Assembly (NCBI GenBank): GCA_963733955.1
Contig: CAVTEW010000002.1
Location: 5,863 to 69,862, forward strand
Length of the DNA stretch: 64,000 nucleotides
Direction: 5' to 3'
DNA from: an uncultured Acidobacteriota bacterium
GTDB lineage: Bacteria > Acidobacteriota > Thermoanaerobaculia > UBA5066 > Gp7-AA6
The notes beneath the pieces are model-generated. The model ran no database searches. It was not told where the DNA came from and saw only the letters and a program-made list of their open reading frames with translations. Positions 19,058-28,333 of the stretch are shown piece after piece. The translations under genes were made by a program, and so were the position numbers. The stretch's first letter is position 1, and every line of letters begins with the position of its first letter.

Positions 19058-20560
19058 ATGACCGGCCGGAACGGGGCCACCGCGCGAACGGGGATTGCCG
19101 GGCTCGACGACGTCCTGGGGGGAGGCTTCCCCCGCAACCACGTCTATGTCGTCCAGGGCAGTCCCGGAGCCGGCAAGACGACGGTCGGCCTGCAGTTCCT
19201 CCTGTCCGGCAGGGCCGACGGAGAAACAGGGCTCTATGTCTCCCTGTCCGAGACCGAGCGGGAGCTCTCCGACGTCGCCGCCTCCCATGGGTGGTCGCTG
19301 GACGGGATCGCCGTGCAGGAAATCCTGTCCCCCGGCGACTCCGAGGGAGAGCGGGACAACACCCTGTTCCATCCCGCGGAGGTCGAGCTGGGGGAGACGA
19401 CGCGATCGATCTTCCAGCAGGTCGAGCGCCTGCGGCCGTCCCGCGTCGTCATCGACTCCCTCTCCGAGGTGCGCCTGCTCTCGGAGAATCCGCTGCGCTA
19501 CCGCCGGCAGATCGTGGCCCTCAAACAGTTCTTCGCCGGCCTGCGGTGCACCGCGCTCCTCCTGGACGACGCGGGCTCGAGCGGCGCGGACATCCACCTG
19601 CAGACGGTCTCGCACGGGGTCCTGCAGCTCGATCAGATCACCCCGCTCTACGGCGCGGAGCGCCGCCGCCTCTGGATCATCAAGCTGCGCGGCGTGAAGT
19701 TCCGCGGCGGCTATCACGATTTCAAGATCCAGACCGGCGGTCTCACCGTCTATCCCCGGCTGGTGGCCGCGGAGCACGGCGCGGAGGCGGCCGGCGAAGC
19801 CACGTCGAGCGGCCTGGCGGGCCTCGACATGCTCCTGGGCGGCGGCATCCAGCGGGGGACGACCGTTCTCATCATGGGGCCGGCCGGCACCGGGAAGTCC
19901 GCGATCGCGGCGCAATACGCGGCGGCCGCCGCGGGCCGCGGCGAGAACGTCGCGCTGTTTACGTTCGACGAGGGCCTGGGAACGCTCTTCGCGCGCACCG
20001 ACGCCCTGGGAATCTCCCTGCGTCGACACGTGGAGGGCGGGGCCGTCCGCGTGCAGCAGATCAATCCCGCGGAGCTCTCGCCCGGCGAGTTCGCCCATCT
20101 GGTCCGGACGAGCGTGGACGAGGCCGGCGCGCGCATGGTCATCATCGACAGCCTGAGCGGCTATTACAGCTCCATGCCCGAGGAGCATCTGCTCTCGGTC
20201 CAGCTCCACGAGCTCTTCACGTTTCTGCGCAAGCAGGGGGTGATCGTCATCCTGACGCTGCCCCAGCACGGGTTCGTGGGGGCGCACGTCGACGCGTCGT
20301 TCGACGTCAGCTATCTCGCCGACACGGTCATCCTGATGCGGTACTTCGAGACGTTGGGGGAGATCCGCAAGGCGATCTCGGTCGTCAAGAAGCGCAGCGG
20401 CCGCCACGAATCGACCATCCGCGAGCTGGCCATGGACGACAAGGGCCTGCGGATCGGGCAGCCCCTCAGGGACTTCCAGGGCGTTCTCACGGGTATCCCG
20501 GCCTTCGCCGGGGCCTCCGGATCCTTGCTCCAGGACAGGGATGGCCGCTCCGATCGCTGA
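19058..20560 (+). CDS. kaiC: KaiC-family double RecA-like ATPase
   Basis: Two KaiC/RecA domains with Walker A motifs GSPGAGKT and GPAGTGKS. TGIAGLDDVLGGGFP and SGLAGLDMLLGGGI. SD GGAAGGGGAGG before ATG 19058. Confidence 0.85.
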   Translation: MTGRNGATARTGIAGLDDVLGGGFPRNHVYVVQGSPGAGKTTVGLQFLLSGRADGETGLYVSLSETERELSDVAASHGWSLDGIAVQEILSPGDSEGERDNTLFHPAEVELGETTRSIFQQVERLRPSRVVIDSLSEVRLLSENPLRYRRQIVALKQFFAGLRCTALLLDDAGSSGADIHLQTVSHGVLQLDQITPLYGAERRRLWIIKLRGVKFRGGYHDFKIQTGGLTVYPRLVAAEHGAEAAGEATSSGLAGLDMLLGGGIQRGTTVLIMGPAGTGKSAIAAQYAAAAAGRGENVALFTFDEGLGTLFARTDALGISLRRHVEGGAVRVQQINPAELSPGEFAHLVRTSVDEAGARMVIIDSLSGYYSSMPEEHLLSVQLHELFTFLRKQGVIVILTLPQHGFVGAHVDASFDVSYLADTVILMRYFETLGEIRKAISVVKKRSGRHESTIRELAMDDKGLRIGQPLRDFQGVLTGIPAFAGASGSLLQDRDGRSDR

Positions 20561-22151
20561 CGGCGCCGAGTCGCGCGTTCTCGTCTTCGCTCCGACCGGG
20601 CGGGACGCGGCCCTGGCCGCCAGAGTGCTCCGCACCGCCGGCATCCGCTCGCAGCCCTGCGAAGATCTCGAGGACCTGCGGATCGAGATGAGGCAGGGAG
20701 CGGGGGCCGTGCTCCTCACCGAAGAGGCCTTGACCGCCGGCACGATGGATCAGCTCGTGGAGATCTTCTCCAGTCAGCTGCCGTGGTCGGACCTTCCGGT
20801 CCTCGTCTTCTCCAGCCGCGGCTCGCAGGGAGAAACGCTTCCGCTGGCCACGCGCCGGCTGGGCGCCGCCGCCAACGTCATTCTCCTCGACCGTCCCACG
20901 CGGAAAGTGACCCTGGTCAGCGCGGTGCGTTCGGCCCTGCGCGCGCGCGGCCGCCAATACGAAGTCCGGGACCTTCTGCTCCAGCTCGAGCGGGGCGTGC
21001 GGGACCGCGACCGGTTTCTGGCCATGCTCGGACACGAGCTGCGCAACCCGCTCGGAGCGATCCTGTCGTCGGTCCAGCTCATCGAGCGCCAGGGCGCCCG
21101 GGCGCTGGCCCGCGAGTCGGCCGTGATCCACCGGCAGACGTGCCTGCTTTCGCGGCTGGTCGACGACCTGCTGGACGTCTCGCGCGTGACCTCGGGGAAG
21201 ATCGCGCTGGAGCGCGTCGCGGTCGACTTGAGGACGCTGGTGGCGCGCTGCGTTCAGGCCCAGGCCGTGACGGCGTCCGCGCGGCGGATCGAGCTCGCCG
21301 TCGAGCCCGGGGACGATCCGGTCGCCCGGGGAGATCCCGTCCGGCTAGAGCAGGTCCTCAACAATCTCCTGACCAACGCGATCAAGTACACGCCGGCGGG
21401 GGGGCGCGTGCGGGTGAGCCTGGCGCGCAAGGATTCCCAGGCGGAGATTCGCGTGCAGGACACCGGCGTGGGGATCGCCCCGGAGGTGCTGCCCCGCGTT
21501 TTCGACATGTTCACGCAGGCGGACGACACGCTGGACCGCGCTCAGGGCGGGCTGGGAATCGGCTTGACCCTGGTACGCAGCCTGGTCGAGCTTCACGGCG
21601 GGAGCGTGCACGCGGAAAGCGCCGGGCGTGGCGAGGGAAGCACGTTCGTGGTGCGTCTTCCCGGCGGCGGCGGCGGGTCCGGCCGCTCGCCGCGCCCCCA
21701 ACGGCCGGCGCAGCCGGCGCCGCGGGCGATCCTCCTCGTCGAGGACAACGCCGATGTCCGCGACGGCCTGCGGCTTTTGCTCGAGGAGGTGGGACACCGG
21801 GTCGAGACCGCGGGGGACGGGGTCGAGGGTGTGCAGATCGCCCTGGCGCGCCGGCCGGCGGCGGCGCTGGTGGACATCGGTCTTCCCGGGCTCGACGGCT
21901 ACGCGGTGGCCCGGCGCATCCGGGAGGCTCTGGGCGGCTCGATATTCCTGGTCGCCCTGACCGGTTACGGGCTGCCGGACGACCGGCGCCGCGCCCTGGA
22001 GGCGGGTTTCGACGCGCACCTGACCAAGCCGATCACGCTCGACGCCATCCTGGAGGCCCTGGCCCGGCTGCCCGACAGGCCGGAGTCCGCGCCGCCCGCG
22101 CAATCGGAGGAGCCGGCCCGGCTTCGCCGCTCGGCGAGCAACAATTTCTAG
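20541..22151 (+). CDS. Hybrid sensor histidine kinase (pseudo-receiver - HisKA - HATPase - receiver)
   Basis: H-box HELRNPL, N/G boxes (NLLTNAIKYT, DTGVGI, GGLGIGL), and a C-terminal receiver ILLVEDNADVRD..DIGLPGLDG. The start overlaps the kaiC end by 20 nt. Confidence 0.88.
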   Translation: MAAPIADGAESRVLVFAPTGRDAALAARVLRTAGIRSQPCEDLEDLRIEMRQGAGAVLLTEEALTAGTMDQLVEIFSSQLPWSDLPVLVFSSRGSQGETLPLATRRLGAAANVILLDRPTRKVTLVSAVRSALRARGRQYEVRDLLLQLERGVRDRDRFLAMLGHELRNPLGAILSSVQLIERQGARALARESAVIHRQTCLLSRLVDDLLDVSRVTSGKIALERVAVDLRTLVARCVQAQAVTASARRIELAVEPGDDPVARGDPVRLEQVLNNLLTNAIKYTPAGGRVRVSLARKDSQAEIRVQDTGVGIAPEVLPRVFDMFTQADDTLDRAQGGLGIGLTLVRSLVELHGGSVHAESAGRGEGSTFVVRLPGGGGGSGRSPRPQRPAQPAPRAILLVEDNADVRDGLRLLLEEVGHRVETAGDGVEGVQIALARRPAAALVDIGLPGLDGYAVARRIREALGGSIFLVALTGYGLPDDRRRALEAGFDAHLTKPITLDAILEALARLPDRPESAPPAQSEEPARLRRSASNNF

Positions 22152-22171
22152 ATTGTCTCTGCCTCGAGCCG

Positions 22172-22840
22172 CTACGCGCGCTTGACGTAGATCTCCGCGG
22201 CAATGGCCGGATCCACCGCCAGCGTCGTCTCGGCGATCCGCAGGACCGCGGCGGGACTCTTCTGCTGCAGATGGATCATCGCGCCCGGAACGATCCCCAG
22301 GTTGGAAAGCTTGACCAGGCGCTGGGGCTCCCGCGGGACGATGTAGACGATGCGGCCTCGGAAGCCGACCGGCAGGCGATCGAGGGGCTGGACCAGCGGT
22401 TCGACCGTGCGGGTCAAAGCGCGGCAGCAGGGCCCGGCCGGGATCGCCTTTCCGTGCGGACAGAACTTCGGGTGCCCCAGGAAGGCGCAGATCGAGTCGG
22501 TCATTCCGTCGCCCAGCACATGCTCCATGACGCAGGCGGTCTGCTCGACGGCGCCTTCGTCGGCGACCTCGAGCACCGTGGTGAAGAGGGTCTCCCCCAG
22601 GCGGTGGCGGCGGACCTGCAGCTCGGCGAGCTCGCGGCCGGGCGGCGTCAGGACGACGCGGTCTCCGTAGATCTGGGCCAGGTTGCGCGCGGTCAGCTGC
22701 GCCAGGGCCGCGTCGACGGCGTCGATCTTCGTGGCTTCCTTGAGGTCGGCGATCCGGTCGCTGCCCTCTTCGGCCAGGTTCCACAGCTCCTCGGCGATCT
22801 CTTCGACGTCCTGGTCGGCCAAATCCCGGTCGTGGCTCAT
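22172..22840 (-). CDS. DtxR/MntR-family metal-dependent regulator with C-terminal FeoA/SH3-like domain
   Basis: RRHRLGETLF..HVLG.. metal-binding/dimerisation region, then a FeoA-like LVKLSNLGIVPGAMIHLQQ. ATGA overlap with the upstream gene. Confidence 0.8.
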   Translation of the reverse strand: MSHDRDLADQDVEEIAEELWNLAEEGSDRIADLKEATKIDAVDAALAQLTARNLAQIYGDRVVLTPPGRELAELQVRRHRLGETLFTTVLEVADEGAVEQTACVMEHVLGDGMTDSICAFLGHPKFCPHGKAIPAGPCCRALTRTVEPLVQPLDRLPVGFRGRIVYIVPREPQRLVKLSNLGIVPGAMIHLQQKSPAAVLRIAETTLAVDPAIAAEIYVKRA

Positions 22841-23088
22841 GCCGTCCTCCTGATCCGCTTCCACAGCCGCCCAAGGCTCTCGGCCAGCCGCGACGAGCGG
22901 GGAAACTGAAATCCGCAGCGCGGGCAGGCCACCACGTCGCAGCCCGAGGACATCGGGCAGGCCCGGCAGGCCTGCGCGCCATGCGTGAAGCGGAACCCGC
23001 AGAGAGAGCACTGAAGAAGACCGCAGCGTGATCGCGGCGCGGTCGCGGCGGGATCGGGTGATCGGGAGACGCCGACCGACAGGCTCAT
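22837..23088 (-). CDS. Small Cys-rich (8 Cys) zinc-ribbon-like protein, feo operon
   Basis: CGLLQCSLCGF..CRACP..CDVVACPRCGF. ATGA overlaps with the feoB stop and with the regulator start. Confidence 0.6.
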   Translation of the reverse strand: MSLSVGVSRSPDPAATAPRSRCGLLQCSLCGFRFTHGAQACRACPMSSGCDVVACPRCGFQFPRSSRLAESLGRLWKRIRRTA

Positions 23089-25109
23089 TGGAGTTTCACC
23101 GGGAAGGTGGTCAGCGCCCAGCGGACCGCGGCCCCGGCGGCGAGCGCAAGGGGCGTGATGAACGCGGCGATGGCCAGGGCGATCTTCCAGCCGCGCTCCT
23201 TGACGATCATGAAGAAGTTCGCGATGCAGGGGATGAAGAGGGTGATCGTCACCATCGACACGACGATCTGGACCGGGTTGAGCCGGCCCTGCCGGGCCAG
23301 CTCGAAGAGGCCGGCGGCGCCGAAATCGCGCCGCAGGAATCCGATCACGAACACTTCCGCGGTCTGGGGCGGGAGGCCGAGCCAGCCGGTGACCACCGGA
23401 CGGGCCAGCCGCTCCAGGGCCCCCAGCAGGCGCAGGCGGTCCGCCGTGAAGAGGATGAGCGTTCCCAGGACGAACAGCGGGACGGCCTCCTTGAGGTACC
23501 ACTCGATGCGCGCGAGCGTCTTGAGGGCGATGTTGCCCGGGCGGGGGAGGCGCAGCGGCGGAAGCTCCAGGACGAAGTCGCTTCCGCGCCCCGGCAGGAT
23601 CGTGGCCGCGAGCCGACCGACCAGGACGATGATCCCGAGGACGACGGCGGCCCAGATCAGCACGGCCCAGATCGAGAGGCCCGAGAGCATGGCCATGACG
23701 ACGCTGAGCTGCGCCGAGCAGGGCACGCCGAGCGCCAGGAGCAGGATCACGATCAGCCTCTCCTTGGGCGTCTCCAGGATCCGGGTCGTGAGAGTGGCCA
23801 TGGTGTCGCAGCCCAGGCCCAGGACCATCGGGAGGACGGCCTTGCCGTTCAGTCCCATCTTCTTGAAGACGCGATTGACCATGACCGCCAGGCGCGGCAG
23901 GTAACCGGAGTCTTCCAGGGCGCCGAAGGCCAGGAAGAACGTCCCCACGATCGGAAGGACCAGCGCGAGGGAATAGGCCAGCGCCATCGTGATGATTCCG
24001 TAGGGACCGACGAAGAGATCGCGGACGATGGCCCACGGAATCCAGCGCTGCGCCGCGGCGGTCGCGGCCGGCGAGAGGATCTTGCCGAAGAGGCCGTTCT
24101 CCAGCAGATCGACCAGGATCTTGGCACCGAAGACGCCGACGAAGAGGTAGCACGCGGCGAGCACGCCCGCGAGCACCGGCAGGCCCCAGAACCAGTGCGT
24201 CGCGGCCCGATCGAGCCACCGTGCCGTCCGCGATGGCTCGATCCGGTCCGACTCCGGCGCCCGGGACGCCTCCCGGACGATGCGCCTGGCTTCGGCCAGC
24301 CGCGCGCGCGCCACCACGCAGGCCAGGTGATCGGGAAAGAGCCGGCGCAGGCGCTGGCGTTCCTCGTCGAGGAAGCGCAGATCGTCGTCGTCGAGGCGCC
24401 GGGAGAGCCAGGGCGAGAGCGTCTCGTCCCCGCACAACGTCAGGATCGCCAGGGCCCGCGCGGAGAGGTGCGAGGCGGGCATCCTCGGAGCGACGCGGGC
24501 GATGGCGTCCTCGACCGGCGCGGGATAGCGGACGTGCACGGCCCCGGTCCGCGGGTCGCCGAGCGCGTCGGTCAGCCTGCCCATCCCTTCGCGCCGCACC
24601 GCCACCGTCGGCACCGCGGCCACGCCCAGGCGGCGGCCCAGAACGTCCTCGTCGAAGTCGAGCCCGCGCGCCCGCGCCTCGTCCATCATGTTGAGGCAGA
24701 GCACGAACGAGAGCTCCATCTCGGCGACCTGGATGGCCAGCAGGAGGGTCCGTTCCAGGTTCTTGGCGTCTCCCACGACGATCACGGCGCGCGGCGGAGA
24801 GTCCAGGAGGATGTCCCGCGTGACCCGCTCGTCCTCGGAGGAGGGAATGAACGAGGCCGCGCCCGGCGTGTCGACGACGAGCACGCGCCGCCCCAGGATG
24901 TGCGCGTGGCCCCTGGAGACCTCCACGGTCGTGCCCGGATAATTCGACACGGTGACGTACTTGCCGGTGAGCGCTCCGAAGAGGACGCTCTTGCCGACGT
25001 TGGGGTTTCCGACCAGAACGATCGCGTCGGCGACCGCGGGAGCGGGAGCGGCGGTCTCCGCCTCCGGGGCCGGGGCGTCGGGATCTCGGCGATTGAGACT
25101 CGATCTCAC
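23085..25109 (-). CDS. feoB: Ferrous iron transporter FeoB
   Basis: N-terminal G domain VLVGNPNVGKSVLFGALTG..NYPGTTVE, followed by a polytopic membrane domain. Confidence 0.93.
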   Translation of the reverse strand: MRSSLNRRDPDAPAPEAETAAPAPAVADAIVLVGNPNVGKSVLFGALTGKYVTVSNYPGTTVEVSRGHAHILGRRVLVVDTPGAASFIPSSEDERVTRDILLDSPPRAVIVVGDAKNLERTLLLAIQVAEMELSFVLCLNMMDEARARGLDFDEDVLGRRLGVAAVPTVAVRREGMGRLTDALGDPRTGAVHVRYPAPVEDAIARVAPRMPASHLSARALAILTLCGDETLSPWLSRRLDDDDLRFLDEERQRLRRLFPDHLACVVARARLAEARRIVREASRAPESDRIEPSRTARWLDRAATHWFWGLPVLAGVLAACYLFVGVFGAKILVDLLENGLFGKILSPAATAAAQRWIPWAIVRDLFVGPYGIITMALAYSLALVLPIVGTFFLAFGALEDSGYLPRLAVMVNRVFKKMGLNGKAVLPMVLGLGCDTMATLTTRILETPKERLIVILLLALGVPCSAQLSVVMAMLSGLSIWAVLIWAAVVLGIIVLVGRLAATILPGRGSDFVLELPPLRLPRPGNIALKTLARIEWYLKEAVPLFVLGTLILFTADRLRLLGALERLARPVVTGWLGLPPQTAEVFVIGFLRRDFGAAGLFELARQGRLNPVQIVVSMVTITLFIPCIANFFMIVKERGWKIALAIAAFITPLALAAGAAVRWALTTFPVKLQ

Positions 25110-25143
25110 ACGGACAGCCTAGAGACTCCGGACCGCCGGGGCC

Positions 25144-25159
25144 TGATGTAAACGCATTA
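25144..25159. promoter_or_regulatory. Palindromic box TGATGTAAACGCATTA (one core mismatch)
   Basis: Lies in the divergent feoB / hypothetical-gene intergenic region. Confidence 0.4.
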
Positions 25160-25209
25160 CGCGCGGTCGCCGGGGGCGGATAATGCTCCGAGACCGAGAG
25201 GGAGGCACG

Positions 25210-25584
25210 ATGCGCAGCCGGCAGGTTCCCCGGGCGGAGTGGTACCGGTTCTTTCGCGACTTCAGCCGGCGGCACCAGGGAAAGCCCTTGTCCGTCCGGG
25301 TGATCCACCCCCGCATGGGCTCGCAGCTGGAGGCCCGCGATCTGGCCCTGGAGGGCGTCGTCGCCGATTCGGAGGGGCTGGGTCCGATCTCGATCCACCT
25401 CGGCCAGGAGGCGACCGACCACGTCGAGCACGACATCCGGAATCCAACTCAGGTCTGGGTCGAGATGAACGACGACGGGGCCGAGGAGGCGCTCAGCATC
25501 GAGGCGTCCGACGGCACCAAGACGATCCTCGAGCTCGCTTCCCCTCGGCCGACGGCCGGCGCCGGCGGGGCGCGCGGACGCTAG
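25210..25584 (+). CDS. Conserved hypothetical protein
   Basis: MRSRQVPRAEWYRFFRDFSRRH.. with SD GAGGGAGG 5 nt before ATG 25210 (the track starts at 25183). I cannot assign a function. Confidence 0.6.
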   Translation: MRSRQVPRAEWYRFFRDFSRRHQGKPLSVRVIHPRMGSQLEARDLALEGVVADSEGLGPISIHLGQEATDHVEHDIRNPTQVWVEMNDDGAEEALSIEASDGTKTILELASPRPTAGAGGARGR

Positions 25585-25610
25585 CGAGGCCCGGCCGCGC
25601 GGACAGGCGC

Positions 25611-26267
25611 ATGACCGTACGCGCCGATCGGCCCTACGCCGACCGCGCCGAGGCGGGCCGGATCCTGGCCCGCGCGCTGGAACGCTTTGCCGGGCGTTCC
25701 GACGTCCAGGTGCTCGCTCTCCCTCGCGGAGGCGTGCCGGTGGCGTTCGAGATCGCCCGCGCGCTGCCCGCGCCGCTGGACGTTTTCCTGGTGCGCAAGC
25801 TCGGCGCGCCGGAGGACGAGGAATTGGCGATCGGCGCCGTTGCCAGCGCAGGCGTCCGGGTGTTGAACGCGGACATCGTCCGGCATCTGGGTGTTTCGGA
25901 CGAGTGGATCGAACGGGTCACTCGCAGAGAGACCGAGGAGCTGGATCGCCGGGAGCGCCTCTACCGGCGGGGCCGCGGGCCGCTCGACCTCGGAGGCCGA
26001 GTCGTCATACTCGTCGACGACGGTCTGGCCACCGGAGCGACGATGAAGGCGGCGATCGCTTCGCTGCGGCAGCTCCATCCCGCGGCGGTCGTCGTCGCCG
26101 TGCCGGTCGCGGCGCCTTCCACCGCGCGGGAGATCGCCGCGCTCGCCGACGACTTCATTTGTCCTCTTCAGCCGGAGACGTTCCGCGCGGTCGGGGAGTG
26201 GTACGACGAGTTTTCGCAGACGAGCGACGACGAGGTGCGGGAGCTGTTCGCCCGGGGGCAGCGATGA
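25611..26267 (+). CDS. Phosphoribosyltransferase-family protein
   Basis: VLALPRGGVPVA and VVILVDDGLATGATMKAA PRPP-binding motif. Confidence 0.85.
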   Translation: MTVRADRPYADRAEAGRILARALERFAGRSDVQVLALPRGGVPVAFEIARALPAPLDVFLVRKLGAPEDEELAIGAVASAGVRVLNADIVRHLGVSDEWIERVTRRETEELDRRERLYRRGRGPLDLGGRVVILVDDGLATGATMKAAIASLRQLHPAAVVVAVPVAAPSTAREIAALADDFICPLQPETFRAVGEWYDEFSQTSDDEVRELFARGQR

Positions 26268-26274
26268 CCTCGAG

Positions 26275-27366
26275 TCAGGTTCCCAGCCGCCGCTCGGTCC
26301 GAGGATCGAAGAGGTGCAGGCGGTCGAGGTCCACGGAAAGGTCCACCTTCTCCCCGGCCCGCGGCATCCTGCGCGGCTCCACCTTGAAGACGATCCGATC
26401 CTCCCCGGAGCGGGCGTGCACGATGGCCTCGTCGCCGAGCAGCTCGACGACGTCCACCTCGACGGCGATCGTCGCGCCGGAGGCTCTCGACCCCGGGGAA
26501 GGCGCCAGGCTCTCCGGCCGGACTCCCACGACGACGTCCTGACCGTCTCGACCCACGGTCAGCGGCCGCAGGCCGGGCGGCGTCGGGAGCGTGAAGCGCG
26601 TCCCGACGAGCTCGGCCCCCGCGCCCCGGACCGTGGCGGGGAGGACGTTCATCGGCGGCGTCCCGATGAAGTTGGCCACGAAGAGGTTCTCCGGCCGGTC
26701 GTAGATTTCCAGCGGCGTCCCGACCTGCTGGATCCTCCCGTCTTTCATGACCGCGATCCGGCTGCCCATGGTCATGGCCTCGGTCTGGTCGTGCGTCACG
26801 TACACCGTGGTCGTCCCCAGGCGCTGCTGCAGCCGCTTGATCTCCGCCCGCATCTGCACGCGCAGCTTGGCGTCGAGGTTGGAGAGGGGCTCGTCGAACA
26901 GGAACACCGCCGGCTTGCGGACGATCGCACGGCCGAGGGCGACGCGCTGCCTCTGGCCTCCGGAAAGCTGCTTGGGCCGCCGATCGAGAAACGCGGAGAG
27001 CTCCAGGACCGCGGCGGCCTCGTCGACCAGTTTCTCGATCTCCGCGGCCGGCAGCTTGCGGATGCGGAGGCCGAACTCGAGGTTTTCCCGGACGGTCATG
27101 TGGGGATAGAGCGCGTAGCTTTGAAAGACCATCGCGATGTCGCGGCTCTTGGGCGGCAGATCGTTCACCACGCGCCCGGCGATCTCGATCGAGCCCGCGG
27201 AGACCTCCTCCAGGCCGGCGATCATCCGCAGCGCGGTCGATTTTCCGCACCCCGACGGACCGACCAGGACCATGAACTCCTGGTCGGCAACGTCGAGATT
27301 CAGGTCCTCGATGACCGAGACCGTGTCGAATCTCTTGGAGACGTGTTCGAAACGGACGCGCGCCAT
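26275..27366 (-). CDS. ABC transporter ATP-binding protein (MalK/UgpC type), no permease adjacent
   Basis: Walker A GPSGCGKST, signature LSGGQRQR, Walker B VFLFDEPLS, and a C-terminal regulatory domain. Confidence 0.9.
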   Translation of the reverse strand: MARVRFEHVSKRFDTVSVIEDLNLDVADQEFMVLVGPSGCGKSTALRMIAGLEEVSAGSIEIAGRVVNDLPPKSRDIAMVFQSYALYPHMTVRENLEFGLRIRKLPAAEIEKLVDEAAAVLELSAFLDRRPKQLSGGQRQRVALGRAIVRKPAVFLFDEPLSNLDAKLRVQMRAEIKRLQQRLGTTTVYVTHDQTEAMTMGSRIAVMKDGRIQQVGTPLEIYDRPENLFVANFIGTPPMNVLPATVRGAGAELVGTRFTLPTPPGLRPLTVGRDGQDVVVGVRPESLAPSPGSRASGATIAVEVDVVELLGDEAIVHARSGEDRIVFKVEPRRMPRAGEKVDLSVDLDRLHLFDPRTERRLGT

Positions 27367-27476
27367 GGTCCTCCCGGACGGGCCTCCAACGGGGATCGCC
27401 GGGAGGGATCGTACTCCGACCGCGCCTCCTCCTCTCCGGGCCCGGCCGCCGCGGGCCGCCGCGCCCGCTCCCGATT

Positions 27477-27492
27477 TGATGCGTCCACATCA
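27477..27492. promoter_or_regulatory. Palindromic box TGATGCGTCCACATCA
   Basis: Exact TGAT-N8-ATCA core, 70-85 nt upstream of the nitroreductase start. The ABC ATPase gene is divergent from it. Confidence 0.55.
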
Positions 27493-27561
27493 AGCCGCCG
27501 GAGGCCTCTCGGATTTACTTTGGCGATCGATTCCCGGGCCGGTCCCCGGAAGGAGTCGGAC

Positions 27562-28191
27562 ATGGGCCAGACGTCGATCGCGGCGGCGCCACACGATCCG
27601 CCGGAACAACTCGCCCCGGCCGTTCCGGGACGTTCGCCGATGGACGTCCGGACGGCCATCGCGCAGCGCCGGGCCGTGCGGTCCTATGCGGACCGGCCGG
27701 TCGGCCGCAAGACGATCGAGGGCCTCCTGGACGCCGCGGTGGAGGCCCCGAGCGCGATGGGGCTGGAGCCGTGGGCCTTCGTCGTCCTGGAAGGCCGGGA
27801 GCGGCTGCGTCAGCTCTCCGACGACGTCAAGCGCGAGCTGGCCCGGGGGGCCGGCGAGGTCTCGCCGCATCTGCGCGCGCTCTTGGAAGACCCGGCCGCC
27901 AGCGTCTTCCATGGAGCGCCGGCGCTGGTGGTCGTCTGCGCGACGTCGCCGCAGACCCAGGCCGCCGAGGACTGCTGCCTGGCCGCGCAGAATTTCATGC
28001 TCGCCGCGCACGCCGGCGGCCTGGCGACCTGCCCGATCGGCCTGGCCCGAGCCTGGCTCAACCTGCCCTCGACCAAGTACCGGCTCGGAATTCCGCGCGA
28101 GTACGTTCCGGTGTTCCCGGTGGTCCTCGGCCATCCCGCCGAGCGGCCGGCGTCCCACGGCCGCCTCGCGCCGGCGATCCTCTGGCGCTAG
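27562..28191 (+). CDS. Nitroreductase-family protein
   Basis: AIAQRRAVRSY..LLDAAVEAPSAMGLEPWAFVV..AAQNFMLAAHAGGLATCP. SD GGAAGGAG. Confidence 0.85.
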   Translation: MGQTSIAAAPHDPPEQLAPAVPGRSPMDVRTAIAQRRAVRSYADRPVGRKTIEGLLDAAVEAPSAMGLEPWAFVVLEGRERLRQLSDDVKRELARGAGEVSPHLRALLEDPAASVFHGAPALVVVCATSPQTQAAEDCCLAAQNFMLAAHAGGLATCPIGLARAWLNLPSTKYRLGIPREYVPVFPVVLGHPAERPASHGRLAPAILWR

Positions 28192-28333
28192 CCCGAATCG
28201 TCCCGGCCTGGTTCGACTGAATCTGGCGCCCCGCCCCTTCCGCCGTCACACTGTCCGGGACGTCATGATCCGGCAGCGGATCGGCTCAGGCAACGGGCGC
28301 GGGACGAGCGGATCGGCGCGAGGAGGAGAAAAC

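Noticed and set aside
16873-20743. 754-aa and 886-aa minus-strand ORFs.
   Set aside because: They are antisense to the TPR/HExxH protein, kaiC and the start of the histidine kinase. They resemble no protein family and have an Arg/Pro/Gly-rich composition.
25179-25185. GATAATG, a possible Fur-box half-site upstream of feoB.
   Set aside because: It is a single 7-mer with no second half-site, which is too weak to call.
28267-28282. Perfect palindrome GATCCG-GCAG-CGGATC upstream of the BON gene.
   Set aside because: When read as TGATCC..GGATCG, the half-sites are 6 nt apart rather than 4. It is not counted as a member of the box family and may be an unrelated operator or a variant.
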